Below are positions 12,850 to 23,317 of a DNA stretch of 64,000 bases, piece by piece (position 1 is the first letter of the stretch; each line of letters opens with the position of its first letter). The DNA comes from Selaginella moellendorffii (Eukaryota > Plantae > Lycopodiophyta). The stretch is from positions 5,676,304 to 5,740,303 of the forward strand of contig NW_003314262.1 of assembly GCF_000143415.4 (NCBI RefSeq), in the 5' to 3' direction. Position numbers and translations under genes: made by a program. The notes below the pieces were generated by a model that saw nothing but the letters and a program-made list of their open reading frames with translations, ran no database searches and was not told the DNA's origin.

Positions 12850-13438
12850 ATGGGGTTCAAGATCAACGAATCCTACGATAGCGCCGTGGAGCTCGACGCC
12901 GAGGTATGGTTCCTTCGCTCTAGGAGAAGCTAAATCCGCGAGATTGGTGCGATTCCAGCGGGATAGCGCGCTGCGAAGCCTCTTGAGCTCGGAAGCATTT
13001 TGCAAACAGGTGATCCTGGCACGAAATTCTCGATCGATCGCCTCATGGATTCATCCTCATCGACCAGGTCGCGAAAGAAGCAGGGATTTCGGAGACCAGC
13101 GGCGTGGAATTTCTCGGAGAGCTCTTCCAGCCGGTGCCATGGAGTCCGAGCACCACACACGGCATGCCCCAGGTAACCATTTCTTTCACTAGCATGAGAT
13201 ATCGCCATAGCTAAGCTTGTTCTTTGTGGCTAGGAATTCGAGAAGTATCATCACGACAAGGAGAACTACGTGATCATCAATGTACCTCCAAACTTCATGT
13301 TTAAAGCCAAGGTATGAGAATTCCCGGCCTCGGAGAAAAAAAAAGAACTTTTTTTTTTGTGTGCTCCAGGTATTCAAACCTTCGCGGCTCTGCGCAATCT
13401 ACAGAAAAATCAAGGACGAGTCACTCAAAGCAACTTAG
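12850..13438 (+). CDS. Uncharacterised 118-aa protein, 5 exons (12850-12903, 12959-13009, 13068-13172, 13234-13311, 13370-13438)
   Basis: Four 55-61 nt GT-AG phase-0 introns splice into one stop-free frame: MGFKINESYDSAVELDAE-RDSALRSLLSSEAFCKQ-VAKEAG..FQPVPWSPSTTHGMPQ-EFEKYHHDKENYVIINVPPNFMFKAK-VFKPSRLCAIYRKIKDESLKAT*. Confidence 0.75.
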
Positions 13439-13485
13439 AAGCTCGCTTTCTTACCGTGTTTTGGAGGAACAAAGTGAACGGAGGA

Positions 13486-14599
13486 TCAGCCTTGGACTTG
13501 CATGGATGTGGATGCCTCTCCCGGATTGATAACCGGAGGAGGTCCCGCTGAAGGAGCTGGCTCCAGGCTCCTCCACGCAAGATCTCGAGCGCCGTCCTTG
13601 TCCACGATCTTGAGCACGAAGCTGTGAGGCGAGGCGATCAATCGCTTGCGGATCTCTGCGATGCACTTGTCAGCGAGAGCCATCCCTTCTTCCACCGACA
13701 TCCCCTTGCGGAAGTACTTGTCCATGACCGACAACACGAAGTAACTTCCTGCGATTGAAACGAGCGAGCATCAGCAAAAGCGATGGGAAGAACCAAAGCA
13801 GCGATACAAAATTCTCCTGACCAGGACAAGAAATAGAATCAGATAAACAAGCAAAAAAACCACTACGTAGAAAAAAAATGCGAGAACAAACTTAAGTGAA
13901 AACCGAACAAGAGAACTCTATGATCACGTCGAGAGAACAAACGAACTATGATCACGTAGAAGAAAATGCGAGAACAAACGAAAGTGAAAACCACTAAGAA
14001 CGAACAAGAGAACTCTATGATCGCGTCGAAGAAAATGCGAGAACAAACCATGATCATAACGAAGAAAGCAAGAAAACGAGAAAGGAGTTCTACGTACCAT
14101 AGCCGACGGCTCCCTTCTCCAGCTGATGGAGAGTGGCGATGTAATCCATGAAGTAAAGCGATGGCCCCTTGCCCTTGTCAAATCCTCCGAGCATCAAGTT
14201 CACATAGTATGGGTTCTGAAACAAAGATCTTCAAGGCTCCAGGGAAAGAACTAGCACAAGAAATACCTTTCGAAGCGCCACAGCCAATTCGTTCCGAGTG
14301 AAGCTCGCGGCCGCGGCCGTGGACAGCGGAATCCCGTTCCGGAAGTTGTACAGGTTGATGTTCTTCTGGATGTACTCCGAGAAGATGACCCTGTAGAAGA
14401 ATTTCTCACTAACCCTAGATCTATGGAGTGATCGAGCTCACCTATCACCGGCTTCCCCGCTCGTCGCCATGAGCTTGTGCGAGTCGAGCTGCAAGATCTT
14501 GTCCTCGGTCGTCTTCTGCACGACGATGCTCTGCACGACGGAGGTGTCGGCGCCAAGAATGACGAAGCCATCGCCCACGAAGCCGAAGATACACTCCAT
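13486..14599 (-). CDS. PBD1: 20S proteasome subunit beta type-2 (beta4/PBD), 4 exons
   Basis: [44 protein letters not shown] / [19 protein letters not shown] / [18 protein letters not shown] / [15 protein letters not shown]. Confidence 0.95.
13860..14060. repeat. Degenerate tandem repeats in the last PBD intron
   Basis: Recurrent GAAAATGCGAGAACAAAC and GAACTCTATGATCACGTC units; they enlarge the intron to about 350 nt. Confidence 0.7.
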
Positions 14600-14845
14600 C
14601 TCGCGAAGAACCCTAAAGCTCCCACCCGGCAATATGCCAGGAATATACGGCAGCCGGAATGTGCCTCACAAACAGAATATGCTCCAGAGATTGACGGACG
14701 ATGCGTTTCTTCATACGGAATGTCTCATCCAAAATGATCCACTTTGTGTGCTTTTATAAAGTCCTCCGTGGTCCATGTGGGACGGCGCCTAAGAGTACTG
14801 GTTTTCAACGAGCCAACCACTCGCGCATTTGCTCACATTGTTTCC

Positions 14846-15587
14846 ATGGCGTCGCGGGTAGTGATGGTGGAATCTATCTCGGATTGGGACGGAATTCTCA
14901 AGCAAGCCAAGTCACAAGACGCGATCGTAAGCAAAAATGGCTTCTCTCCCCCTCGCTTTGATTGATCTCCCCCTGTTTTTGATCTTCCCAGCGAATACCT
15001 TGTCTAGCACTCGTGAATATAGAGATTGAGATTCTCCCTCTTTTTTTTCTTTTTTTTCTTTTTGCTCCTTTCCTTTCTCTCTTGCGAGAGGTTTTAACTG
15101 TTCGTCGTCTTCTCTGTTTGATCGTATCTTAGATTGTGGCGCACTTTTCCGCGGATTGGTGCGCCCCTTGCAAGTACATGGCCTCCACATTCCGCGAGGC
15201 GTCCACGCGATTCCTCAAGCTCATCTTCCTCACTGTGGACGTGGATGAGCTCAAGGTAAGTGAAGACCAGAAAAGCTCCCCAGCCTAGATATTTTTTCCC
15301 CCCAGATCTTTTACCACTCCTCTCTCTATCTCCATCTCCATTCATGACCTCTCTCTATCTCCATCTCTACCATTCATGATCTCATGATCCAGTTGGTTGC
15401 TCCTAACACTCGCTCTATCTGACCAAAAACATCAAATCCACAGGAAATTGCCACTCGATTGGAGGTCAAGGCAATGCCCACATTCGTGTTCATCAAGGAC
15501 GAGGAGGCGATCGGCCGGATTGTGGGCGCGAATCGAGAACAGCTCGTCAAGAGAGTGGCGGCTCTGGCCACTACAGTAGCGGAATAA
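14846..15587 (+). CDS. Thioredoxin h-type (WCAPC active site), 3 exons
   Basis: IVAHFSADWCAPCK..IFLTVDVDEL / EVKAMPTFVFIK..RIVGAN, with the canonical 3-exon Trx h layout. Confidence 0.92.
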
Positions 15588-15737
15588 CATCTGGATAGAA
15601 CAGATTCGATCGATCACTTCTGTCCAGACACAGAAAAATTTGATGAATCCCAAATAGAAATTTGGTGGAAATTATTGGCCCAGTGGGCCGCAATGTCTAC
15701 AGAAATCCCCCACGTGGAAAACAGAGCAGTGCTTCGT

Positions 15738-15831
15738 TTGACTGGATCTTAGTCAACGGTCGTAAGATAGTCAACCATCAATTCGCATTGCCGCCGGAAA
15801 GAGTCAACTCCCAGTCAAATCCACCAGTCAA
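15738..15831. promoter_or_regulatory. Cluster of six W-box cores (TTGACT/AGTCAA) plus a GCC box immediately upstream of a PPR gene
   Basis: TTGACT at 15738; AGTCAA at 15751, 15769, 15802, 15813 and 15826; GCCGCC at 15790. Confidence 0.55.
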
Positions 15832-15844
15832 CACGAAGTGATGA

Positions 15845-17812
15845 ATGGGACCAGGGTTTGCGGACCGCAACGGGTGCCTCGAGTCGATCCAGCGCTGCGC
15901 GAGCCTCTCTCACGCGATCCAGATCCACGAGCGCGCGCGCCGCGAGCTCCAGGGCGATGTCTTCCTCGCCAACAAGCTCATCGAGGCGTATGGCAAGTGC
16001 GGCAGCCCCCAGCGCGCGCGATGGCTCTTCGACGCCATGCCCGCCAAGAACACCTTCTCCTGGGGCGCCATGCTCTGCGCCTACGCCTCCAACGGGCGCC
16101 TGGACGATGCCCGGCAGGTGTTCGACGCCATGCCCGAGCGCGATGGCTTCTCGTGGAACCTCCTCCTCTCGGCGTTCGGCCAGCGGGGGCAATTAAGAGA
16201 GGCCAAGCTCGTGTTTGATCGGCTGCCGGGGAAGGATCTCGTCTCGTGGTTCTCGATGCTGGCGGCGTTTGTGCACGGCGGGCGAGTCAGAGACGCGCGA
16301 GCCATCTTCGACCAGATGCCGCAGCAAAACCAGGCCTCCTGGAACTGCATCCTCTCTGCATATGCCCAAGTTGGGCATCTGGATGAAGCTTGCGAGATCT
16401 TTGAAACGATGCCAGAGCGGGATTTAATCTCTTGGAATGCAATGCTTTCGGCATTTGCACAAAACGGGGATGTGTTTGGAGCGAGGAGAGTGTTTGAATC
16501 GATGCCATTGCAAAACCAGATTTCTTGGAACGCAATGCTTGCGGCATATGCCCAAAACGGGCATCTTCACGACGCCAAGAAGACTTTCAACTTGATACCG
16601 GAAAGGAACGATGTAACTTGGAATACCATGCTAGCTGCGTATTCGCAAAACGGCCAACGCGACGACGCCAAGCGTATGTTCGACACGATGCCTCTTCACG
16701 ACCAAGTGACGTGGAACTCCATGCTGGCAGCGTATGCCACGTCAGGGCATCTGGAGAAAGCCGAGTGTGTCTTCCACGGGATGCCCGAGAGAGACATGCT
16801 GACGTGGAACTCCATGCTGTCGGCCTTCGCGCACGCCGGACACGTCACCGAGGCAAAGCGCGTGTTTGATGACATGCCACAGCGGAATATAGTGTCGTGT
16901 AACGCCATGCTGGTTGGATTCGTCCACGCTGGCCGCCTAGTAGACGCCAGGATGGTGCTGAATGGCATGAGAGAGCACGACATGGTGTCGTGCACGCTGA
17001 TGCTTTCGGGATATGCCCAGTACGGGCATACGGCCTCCGCTCGGGAGATCTTCGACACGATTCCGTGTCAGAATCACGTCTCGTGGACGGCCATGATTGC
17101 CGCGTTTTCCCTGCGGGGAAACCTGGAAGAGGCGAAATGTATGTTTGATCAGATTCAACGGCTGGATCTCGTGCTTTGGACCGCCATGCTGGGAGCGTAT
17201 GCCCAAAACGGGCATGTGGAAGAGGCCAAGGTGATGTTTGATTCCTTGCCCGAGCAAGATCAAGTGTCATGGAACGCGCTACTGTCTGCGTACGCGCAAA
17301 ATGGAAACATCTCCAAAGCCAGGCATGTCTTTGACACAATGCCCAAGAGGAACACCATGACTTGGGCGGCTATGCTCTCCACTTATGCCCGGAACGGGCA
17401 TTCCAAGGAGGCGTTTGATGTGTTTGATGTGATGAGGGTGGTGGAGGTTCCGGATTCGACTTGTTTCGTGGCCTTCTTGCTCGCTTGCGCACACGACGGG
17501 AATGTTTCAAGCGCCAAGGATTGCTTCGTGTCCATGAGACAGGACTATAAGGTTGCTGCTACAAAGCAGCACTACTGTTGCTTGATCGATGTTCTTTGCA
17601 GGTCTGGGAGACTCTTAGATGGTGAGGACCTCATTACAAACATGCCTTTTGTGCCTGATGAGTATGAATGGATCTGTTTTCTAAGGAGTTGCTTGAGGCC
17701 CGGGAAGAACGAGCTCAAGCAAGCCATTGATGCAACTAGGTTTGTTGTTGGCCAGAATCCAAAGCATGGAGCTGCATTTGTGCAGCTAGCTAATATTTAC
17801 TCCAAGCTATAG
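15845..17812 (+). CDS. PLS-class PPR protein (long array of 31-aa S/SS motifs, E domain, no DYW)
   Basis: Intronless 655 aa with repeated SWNAMLSAYAQNGHL..AK..F..MP.R units and C-terminal QHYCCLIDVLCRSG..MPFVPD..W and FVQLANIY. Confidence 0.93.
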   Translation: MGPGFADRNGCLESIQRCASLSHAIQIHERARRELQGDVFLANKLIEAYGKCGSPQRARWLFDAMPAKNTFSWGAMLCAYASNGRLDDARQVFDAMPERDGFSWNLLLSAFGQRGQLREAKLVFDRLPGKDLVSWFSMLAAFVHGGRVRDARAIFDQMPQQNQASWNCILSAYAQVGHLDEACEIFETMPERDLISWNAMLSAFAQNGDVFGARRVFESMPLQNQISWNAMLAAYAQNGHLHDAKKTFNLIPERNDVTWNTMLAAYSQNGQRDDAKRMFDTMPLHDQVTWNSMLAAYATSGHLEKAECVFHGMPERDMLTWNSMLSAFAHAGHVTEAKRVFDDMPQRNIVSCNAMLVGFVHAGRLVDARMVLNGMREHDMVSCTLMLSGYAQYGHTASAREIFDTIPCQNHVSWTAMIAAFSLRGNLEEAKCMFDQIQRLDLVLWTAMLGAYAQNGHVEEAKVMFDSLPEQDQVSWNALLSAYAQNGNISKARHVFDTMPKRNTMTWAAMLSTYARNGHSKEAFDVFDVMRVVEVPDSTCFVAFLLACAHDGNVSSAKDCFVSMRQDYKVAATKQHYCCLIDVLCRSGRLLDGEDLITNMPFVPDEYEWICFLRSCLRPGKNELKQAIDATRFVVGQNPKHGAAFVQLANIYSKL

Positions 17813-18873
17813 TCAGAGTACATTCTTCTATAAGACTCCTCCATAAACCTTTTCCAATTTCAGCTTCTTCGACGGGGTAGTGATCAACCAGGCCAAAATG
17901 GAGCGTCTCACTTGCTTGCTTCTTGGCCTGGAACACCACCACGAACAATTACAACTGCAAAATCATCGCCACTACTACAACAGCTGCTCCAAAAAGCAGC
18001 TGTTTCAAGGTCGCAAGCGTGCAGAATTAGTACCCTAGAACTGTTTCTCTGCAGCCATGCGAGTGCAGCAATGCTTTTGCAAAGCAATACTTCAACGTAA
18101 CAAAGTACAAGGTAGCACAAGCATTGGAAGGTGCTGGCTGGAGAGTGAGAAGCAATGTGTCAATCATGAGCAAGGTACGAATTCCCTCTTGTGCGCTTGA
18201 GAACAACTAGTGCTAGGAAGACAAGCACTTCAATTCCCCTCTGTCAGTCATTGCTTGAGACAAGATCTAATAGTTCAATAAATAATGAAGAATTTCCATG
18301 CTTCTTTGTTATTTGACACTTTTCTATTAATAAATGTCCATGAGAATGCAGAAAACGTGCAATCTGATATGCAAAAGGGAGCTAATAAATCATAGTTTTA
18401 TATTGCAAAATATTTAATTGCAAATAAATATAATGCTATATATATAATTTATTAAATTTAAATTTCACAATTAATATTTTTTTTTAAGCACAAGGTTTTT
18501 TAAAAAATATTAATATTAACATTATTTTATTTTAATGTTAAAAGAATGTGACTTCAAAAATGTTTTCAATAATTCAGGATATTTCTTTGATTTTCTGCTC
18601 GACTTCAGGTATGGAATAAATCCCAAATCACTAAATTACTTTATGTTATATTTTGGTACTTGATTTAAACATAAAAACCAAAAGAAATTATCTAGATTAT
18701 TAAAAATTTATTTAAGGTTACATAATTAAATATTAAATATTTTAAAAAATCTTTTAATAAACATTTTTCCTTTTATCCCATGATTTAATCCATTAGTTTG
18801 TCATAAAAAATTCCTATATAGATACAATAATTAGAATTGTTTAACCATTTTATGAAAGAATCAACAACTCAAA

Positions 18874-18957
18874 GACCAATTACACCAATAAATATTTATA
18901 TTCATGAAGCAAGAGGACCAATTACACCAAGAAATATTGATACTCATGAAGCAAGAG
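18874..18957. repeat. 42-bp tandem duplication spanning the dioxygenase stop codon
   Basis: GACCAATTACACCAA(T/G)AAATATT(T/G)ATA(T/C)TCATGAAGCAAGAG occurs twice. Confidence 0.85.
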
Positions 18958-20039
18958 AAATAAGAATTTGTCGCTCCCTGGACAAGCATTTCTCCCTTGA
19001 GTGTAGAACAGCAGAGTTGTCCACTAAAAGGATGTCACCTTTCTCCCATGGAAACGCCACCTCTTCCTCAAGCATTATCTCCACGAGTTCATTGGCAGCT
19101 TGATCTTCGAGCAGCGTTCCATCTTCAAATTTGAGCGTTGTTGCTGGCAAATCTTTGTGCTTCTTGCGGACCTCCACGAAGAAACCAAGGGCCGAGAAGA
19201 ATGCCATCCTTCCAGCCGTGTCCTTTCTAAACAAGGGAGCCACTGGTTTTCTCTCGAGAAACACTCCTCCGTCCGGAAGCCAAGTCAGACCAATGTTCTT
19301 TTCCGCGGCCCTGTATCATCGAAAGAAAGCTTTGATGAGTGAGCCCCACGGATTAAACTTGAACAGAGGACGTTTCTTACTTGATCTCGGCAGATTGCTT
19401 GTCACCGGCTGAAAGTCGTGACTTCCAGGCGTTCTCGCTTAAGAAAGAGCAGTGAACAATGCGTCCTTTGTCGAGAAGTTGCTTTGCTAAGTGATCTCTC
19501 TCAAGAATTCGCTTGTAAACGACGTGACCTGGAACAATCGGAGTGGCTCCTCCAGTTCCAGCGTCTGGAGGTTTCTCCGCAAAAAATATGACCTTTGCCG
19601 GTGGTTTCTCAAGCTGGAACACGAAGAAAAAGTGGAGATGGTAGAAAAAAAGAAAGAAAGATCTTACATAAGCTGCCTCGTTGTGGTAGCCAAGGTACCA
19701 ATCCAGCGGGAAATCATTGGCAGTGAAAACCTTTCCAAAGACTTTCTTTCGATAAGCCCCTCCCCCCATCTCCAAGTAAGGGTACTCCTCCCACCCCAGC
19801 GCATCGATTATGGAGTCAAGCTCCTGCGCTGTCCATACCTCAAATCCTCGCAGCAAAACCGCGCCACTCTTGACTAGCCATTCCTCCAGCCGCGATCGCT
19901 GCTCCTCAATTCGCAGCGCGCCAGCGAGCGCTCCAGCGTCCTTGGGAGATTCATGGGCGGGAGCGAGGACCAGCGGGAATGGCGATCCATCCTCGAGCTT
20001 CTTCTGGAAAGGGAGGGATACTTGCGAGAAGGAAGCCAT
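18944..20039 (-). CDS. Clavaminate synthase-like (TauD/TfdA family) 2OG-Fe(II) dioxygenase, copy 1 (exons 20039-19668, 19613-19381, 19310-18944)
   Basis: PFPLVLAP..SGAVLLRGF..VFTAN..YHNEAAY (HxE)..GGATPIV..FPWEKGDILLVDNSAVLHSR..R.ILISL. Confidence 0.92.
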
Positions 20040-20074
20040 GATTGTGCCACGACTTTCTAGTTGTATTATAGCAT

Positions 20075-20920
20075 TATTGACTTTTGAGTCCTCGCAACCT
20101 CTGTTCTCAAGCAGGCGGAACTCGCTTGTTACGTTCGGCTCGCTCAGCAGCAGATGCTCCAAGTTCACACCCGGCCTCAACTCGCTCGCAATTCGCAGTG
20201 CTACTTTCCTCTGCTCCTCAGGACATGGTGAGGCGAACAGCCAGCTTCAAGCCACTCATTGCCCATCCGGTCAAAGCTTCAAACGGGCATACGCGACGAA
20301 AGCTCGTGCTTTCGGGATAAAGCCAGTACGGGCATACGGCCTTGCCAGAATCACGTCTTGTGGACGGCCATGATTGCCGCATTTTCTCTGCGGGGAAACC
20401 TGGAATATGTTTGACATGCCCAAAACAGGCATGTGGAAGAGGCCAAGCTAATTGTTGATTCCTTGCCCGAGCACGATCAAGTCTCATGGAACGCACTACT
20501 CTCTGCGTACGCCGCAAAATGGAAACTCAATCCATAGATTCTCTCTTGCAGCATGAGCTTGCCAGCGAGTGCAACGTTGGGAAGATCGCTACACTAGTAT
20601 TGGAAAACCAAGATGAGGATCCAATTGCTGGTGAGACTTACTCCTTGACAAGCAAGAGGTCACCATGATTAAACCTAATGGACAGCGGCGCCGCTTATTC
20701 CACCAGCATGATTGTCTCCGTTCCACATTCCAAACGGGACAAAGAGTGCTGGCAGCCCAAGCGGCAAATGCCGGAAAAGCTACGCCATCTTTCGTACAAG
20801 CTGAGGCCGGGTGTGGACTTGGAGCAGCAGGAAGTAAGCGAGCCGAACGTGGCAAGCGAGCTCCGCCGGTCTGAAGACAGGGGTGAGCTCAGTTTGAGGA
20901 TTCACAAAGTCAATGTCAAT
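20075..20920. repeat. Rearranged spacer: imperfect inverted repeat (20075-20180 vs 20800-20920) enclosing a deleted PPR fragment
   Basis: GCGGAACTCGCTTGTTACGTTCGGCTCGCT..CCAAGTTCACACCCGGCCTCA is the reverse-complement homologue of TGAGGCCGGGTGTGGACTTGG..AGCGAGCCGAACGTGGCAAGCGAGCTCCGC. Confidence 0.75.
20305..20526 (+). pseudogene. PPR fragment derived from about 17000-17310 with multiple deletions
   Basis: Shares CAGTACGGGCATACGGCCT, CAGAATCACGTCT, GGCATGTGGAAGAGGCCAAG and GATTCCTTGCCCGAGCA with the PPR at 15845; the intervening segments are missing. Confidence 0.85.
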
Positions 20921-20928
20921 CTCCTCTA

Positions 20929-23184
20929 TCAGATAAAAGTTTCGATGTCTACCATCGAATTGGAAAGACATGAGCTCTTTGATGCCAAGATATAGCTTGA
21001 TGCATCCATGAGCTTAATGTTACAAAAGTTTCCTTGTTTCTTTTGGTAATAAACACATGAAGAGATAAAACACTTGAAATCAACACTTTCTGGTACGTAT
21101 GGCATGGTCTCCAGAAGTTCTTCAGCAGCTCTGATGTGGCCTGTTCTTCCCAAGGTATAAATCACACAGCAAAAGTGTTGCTTTGTTGGAACCAGCCCAT
21201 AATCAACACCCATAGACAAGAAATAGCATCTGACTCTATCTAAGGAAGAAACATGATTGCAAGCAACAAGAGCAGGCACAAAGCATGTACCATCTGCATT
21301 GTAATACAGTGGAAACATCTCAAATACATGGAATGTTTCCCTGAATCTAGCACTACAGGCATAAGCACTCAGAATTGCTGACCAAGAAACCATGTTTTGG
21401 GTTGGCATTGTGTCAAAAACTTTCTTTGCTTTCGAGACTTGACCATTCTGAGCGTATGCTGATAGAAAGGCATTCCACAAAACCTGGTTCCGCTGGGTAT
21501 TCATATTCCAAAATATCCTCTCGGCTTCCTCCACATGCCCATTGTGGGCATATGCGACAAGCATGGCTGTCCAGGATACCAAGTCTTTTTCGGGCATCGT
21601 ATCAAAAACGCTCCTTGCTCCATCAACATTGCATTCCAAAGCATACACAGAAATTATAGAGTTAAAAGAAATCTGATTCCCTTGGAGCATACATCGATTT
21701 ATCTGCTTGGCTTTCTCAAACAAACCATTTTGAGCATATGCATAGATCATAATGTTACAGGAGATAACATCCCGTTCCTTCATAAGTTTAAAGAAAAGTT
21801 TCTCCGCACTTTCAATGTCTCCAAACTTGGCATAGGCGGTCAAGAGGCTGTTCCAAGAAATTTGGTCTTGACAAGGCATGTTGTCAAAGATGCTCTTCGT
21901 TTCCTCAGGATGCCCACTTACGGCGTTTGCTGCAAGTCGTGTGTTCCATGACACACTATCCCACTGCGGCATATTGCTGAAAAGCGTCTCTAATTCACTC
22001 AATCTCCCGCTTTGAGAAACTGCCTCTAAAACTATGTTCCATGACATTTGATCTCTACATGGCATGTTTGCGAAGAGACTCTTGACAAGCTCTAAACACC
22101 CGTTTAAAACACACGCTGACAACACGGAGTTCCAAGAGATTGTGTCGTGCTCTGGCATGGAATTGAAGAGAGCTCGACATTCTTCCAAGTGATCTAGCTT
22201 CTGGGCCTCGGCAGCCAGCATTGTGTTCCAAGAAACTTGGTTTCGTTGAGGCATGCTTCTAAAAAGCCTCCACGCTTGTGTGGAAAGACCTCCACGGAGC
22301 AACGCCGCCAGCATAGAATTCCACGTCATTAGCTCCCACTCTGGCATGCTTTCAAAGACTCTCTTGGCCTCCTCCAAGTGCCCAGAGCAGGCATATGCTG
22401 CTAGCATAGAATTCCACGTCACGTGGCTCCTCTGCGGAATGTGATAGAAGAGATGCTCCGACGCTTCCACGTTTCCTACGTGGGCATACGACGACAACAG
22501 CACATTCCACGTCACCAAATCCCTCTCAAGCATCCCGTTAAACACTCGTAGAGATTCGCACATATGCCCTGTTTGGGCATATGCCGTCAGCATTGCCGTG
22601 CAGCAGACCGAATCCCACCTTGGCATATTCTCAAAAAAATATTCTGCTAGTTTATAATCACTTGCACGGAGGCACGTAGTCAACATGGCGCACCACGCCA
22701 CCTGGTTCTTGAAGAGCATATTCTCAAAGAGGTCCTTTGCCTTGTCAATATGCCCGCATTGGGCATATGCCGTTAGCATGGAAGTTTGCGAGACCAGATC
22801 CCACTCCGGCATCCTGTCAAAGATCTCTCTGGCCTTGACGTGATTCCCGTCCTTGGTATATGCCGAAAGCATCGCATTCCAGGAGAGAATCCCTCGATGC
22901 TCTTCCGGCATGGAATCAAACAGGCGCTTGGCATCCGCTAGATTCCCATTGCGGGAATATACCGAGATCATAGTCACCCAGGTGAATGTGTTCTTTGGAT
23001 TCACGGACTCGAAAGCCCGTACGGCGTCGCTCACGCTCGCACACCTTCCGTACATCTCCACGAGCTTGTTTTGTAAGAAGGTGTCGTCCGGACGAAGAGA
23101 TTCCCGGATGTTTGCATCGATTCTCCTTGCGATCAACAGACTTTTGCATGACTGGAGAAGCTCCAAAGAGAGGCTGCGATCCAT
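20929..23184 (-). CDS. PLS-class PPR protein (S/SS-rich, truncated E, no DYW)
   Basis: Intronless ORF with a likely start at MDRSLSLELL (23184), repeated 31-aa motifs, and QHFCCVIYTLGRTG..MPYVPE. Confidence 0.9.
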   Translation of the reverse strand: MDRSLSLELLQSCKSLLIARRIDANIRESLRPDDTFLQNKLVEMYGRCASVSDAVRAFESVNPKNTFTWVTMISVYSRNGNLADAKRLFDSMPEEHRGILSWNAMLSAYTKDGNHVKAREIFDRMPEWDLVSQTSMLTAYAQCGHIDKAKDLFENMLFKNQVAWCAMLTTCLRASDYKLAEYFFENMPRWDSVCCTAMLTAYAQTGHMCESLRVFNGMLERDLVTWNVLLSSYAHVGNVEASEHLFYHIPQRSHVTWNSMLAAYACSGHLEEAKRVFESMPEWELMTWNSMLAALLRGGLSTQAWRLFRSMPQRNQVSWNTMLAAEAQKLDHLEECRALFNSMPEHDTISWNSVLSACVLNGCLELVKSLFANMPCRDQMSWNIVLEAVSQSGRLSELETLFSNMPQWDSVSWNTRLAANAVSGHPEETKSIFDNMPCQDQISWNSLLTAYAKFGDIESAEKLFFKLMKERDVISCNIMIYAYAQNGLFEKAKQINRCMLQGNQISFNSIISVYALECNVDGARSVFDTMPEKDLVSWTAMLVAYAHNGHVEEAERIFWNMNTQRNQVLWNAFLSAYAQNGQVSKAKKVFDTMPTQNMVSWSAILSAYACSARFRETFHVFEMFPLYYNADGTCFVPALVACNHVSSLDRVRCYFLSMGVDYGLVPTKQHFCCVIYTLGRTGHIRAAEELLETMPYVPESVDFKCFISSCVYYQKKQGNFCNIKLMDASSYILASKSSCLSNSMVDIETFI

Positions 23185-23317
23185 ATTAACATTTCCTTGG
23201 TATTTTCTTCTCCAATATTTTAGGGTTCTTGGAGGGAAGGAGCGGCGATGGCTACCGCGCCATCGCCGCATTGCGATCTAGCTGCTTAGAATCTTGGATC
23301 TAGCTCTGGCATCGGGC

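Noticed and set aside
12446-13192. 248-aa ORF in the track
   Set aside because: Runs across the START gene 5' end, the intergenic gap and introns; the spliced 118-aa model explains the region better.
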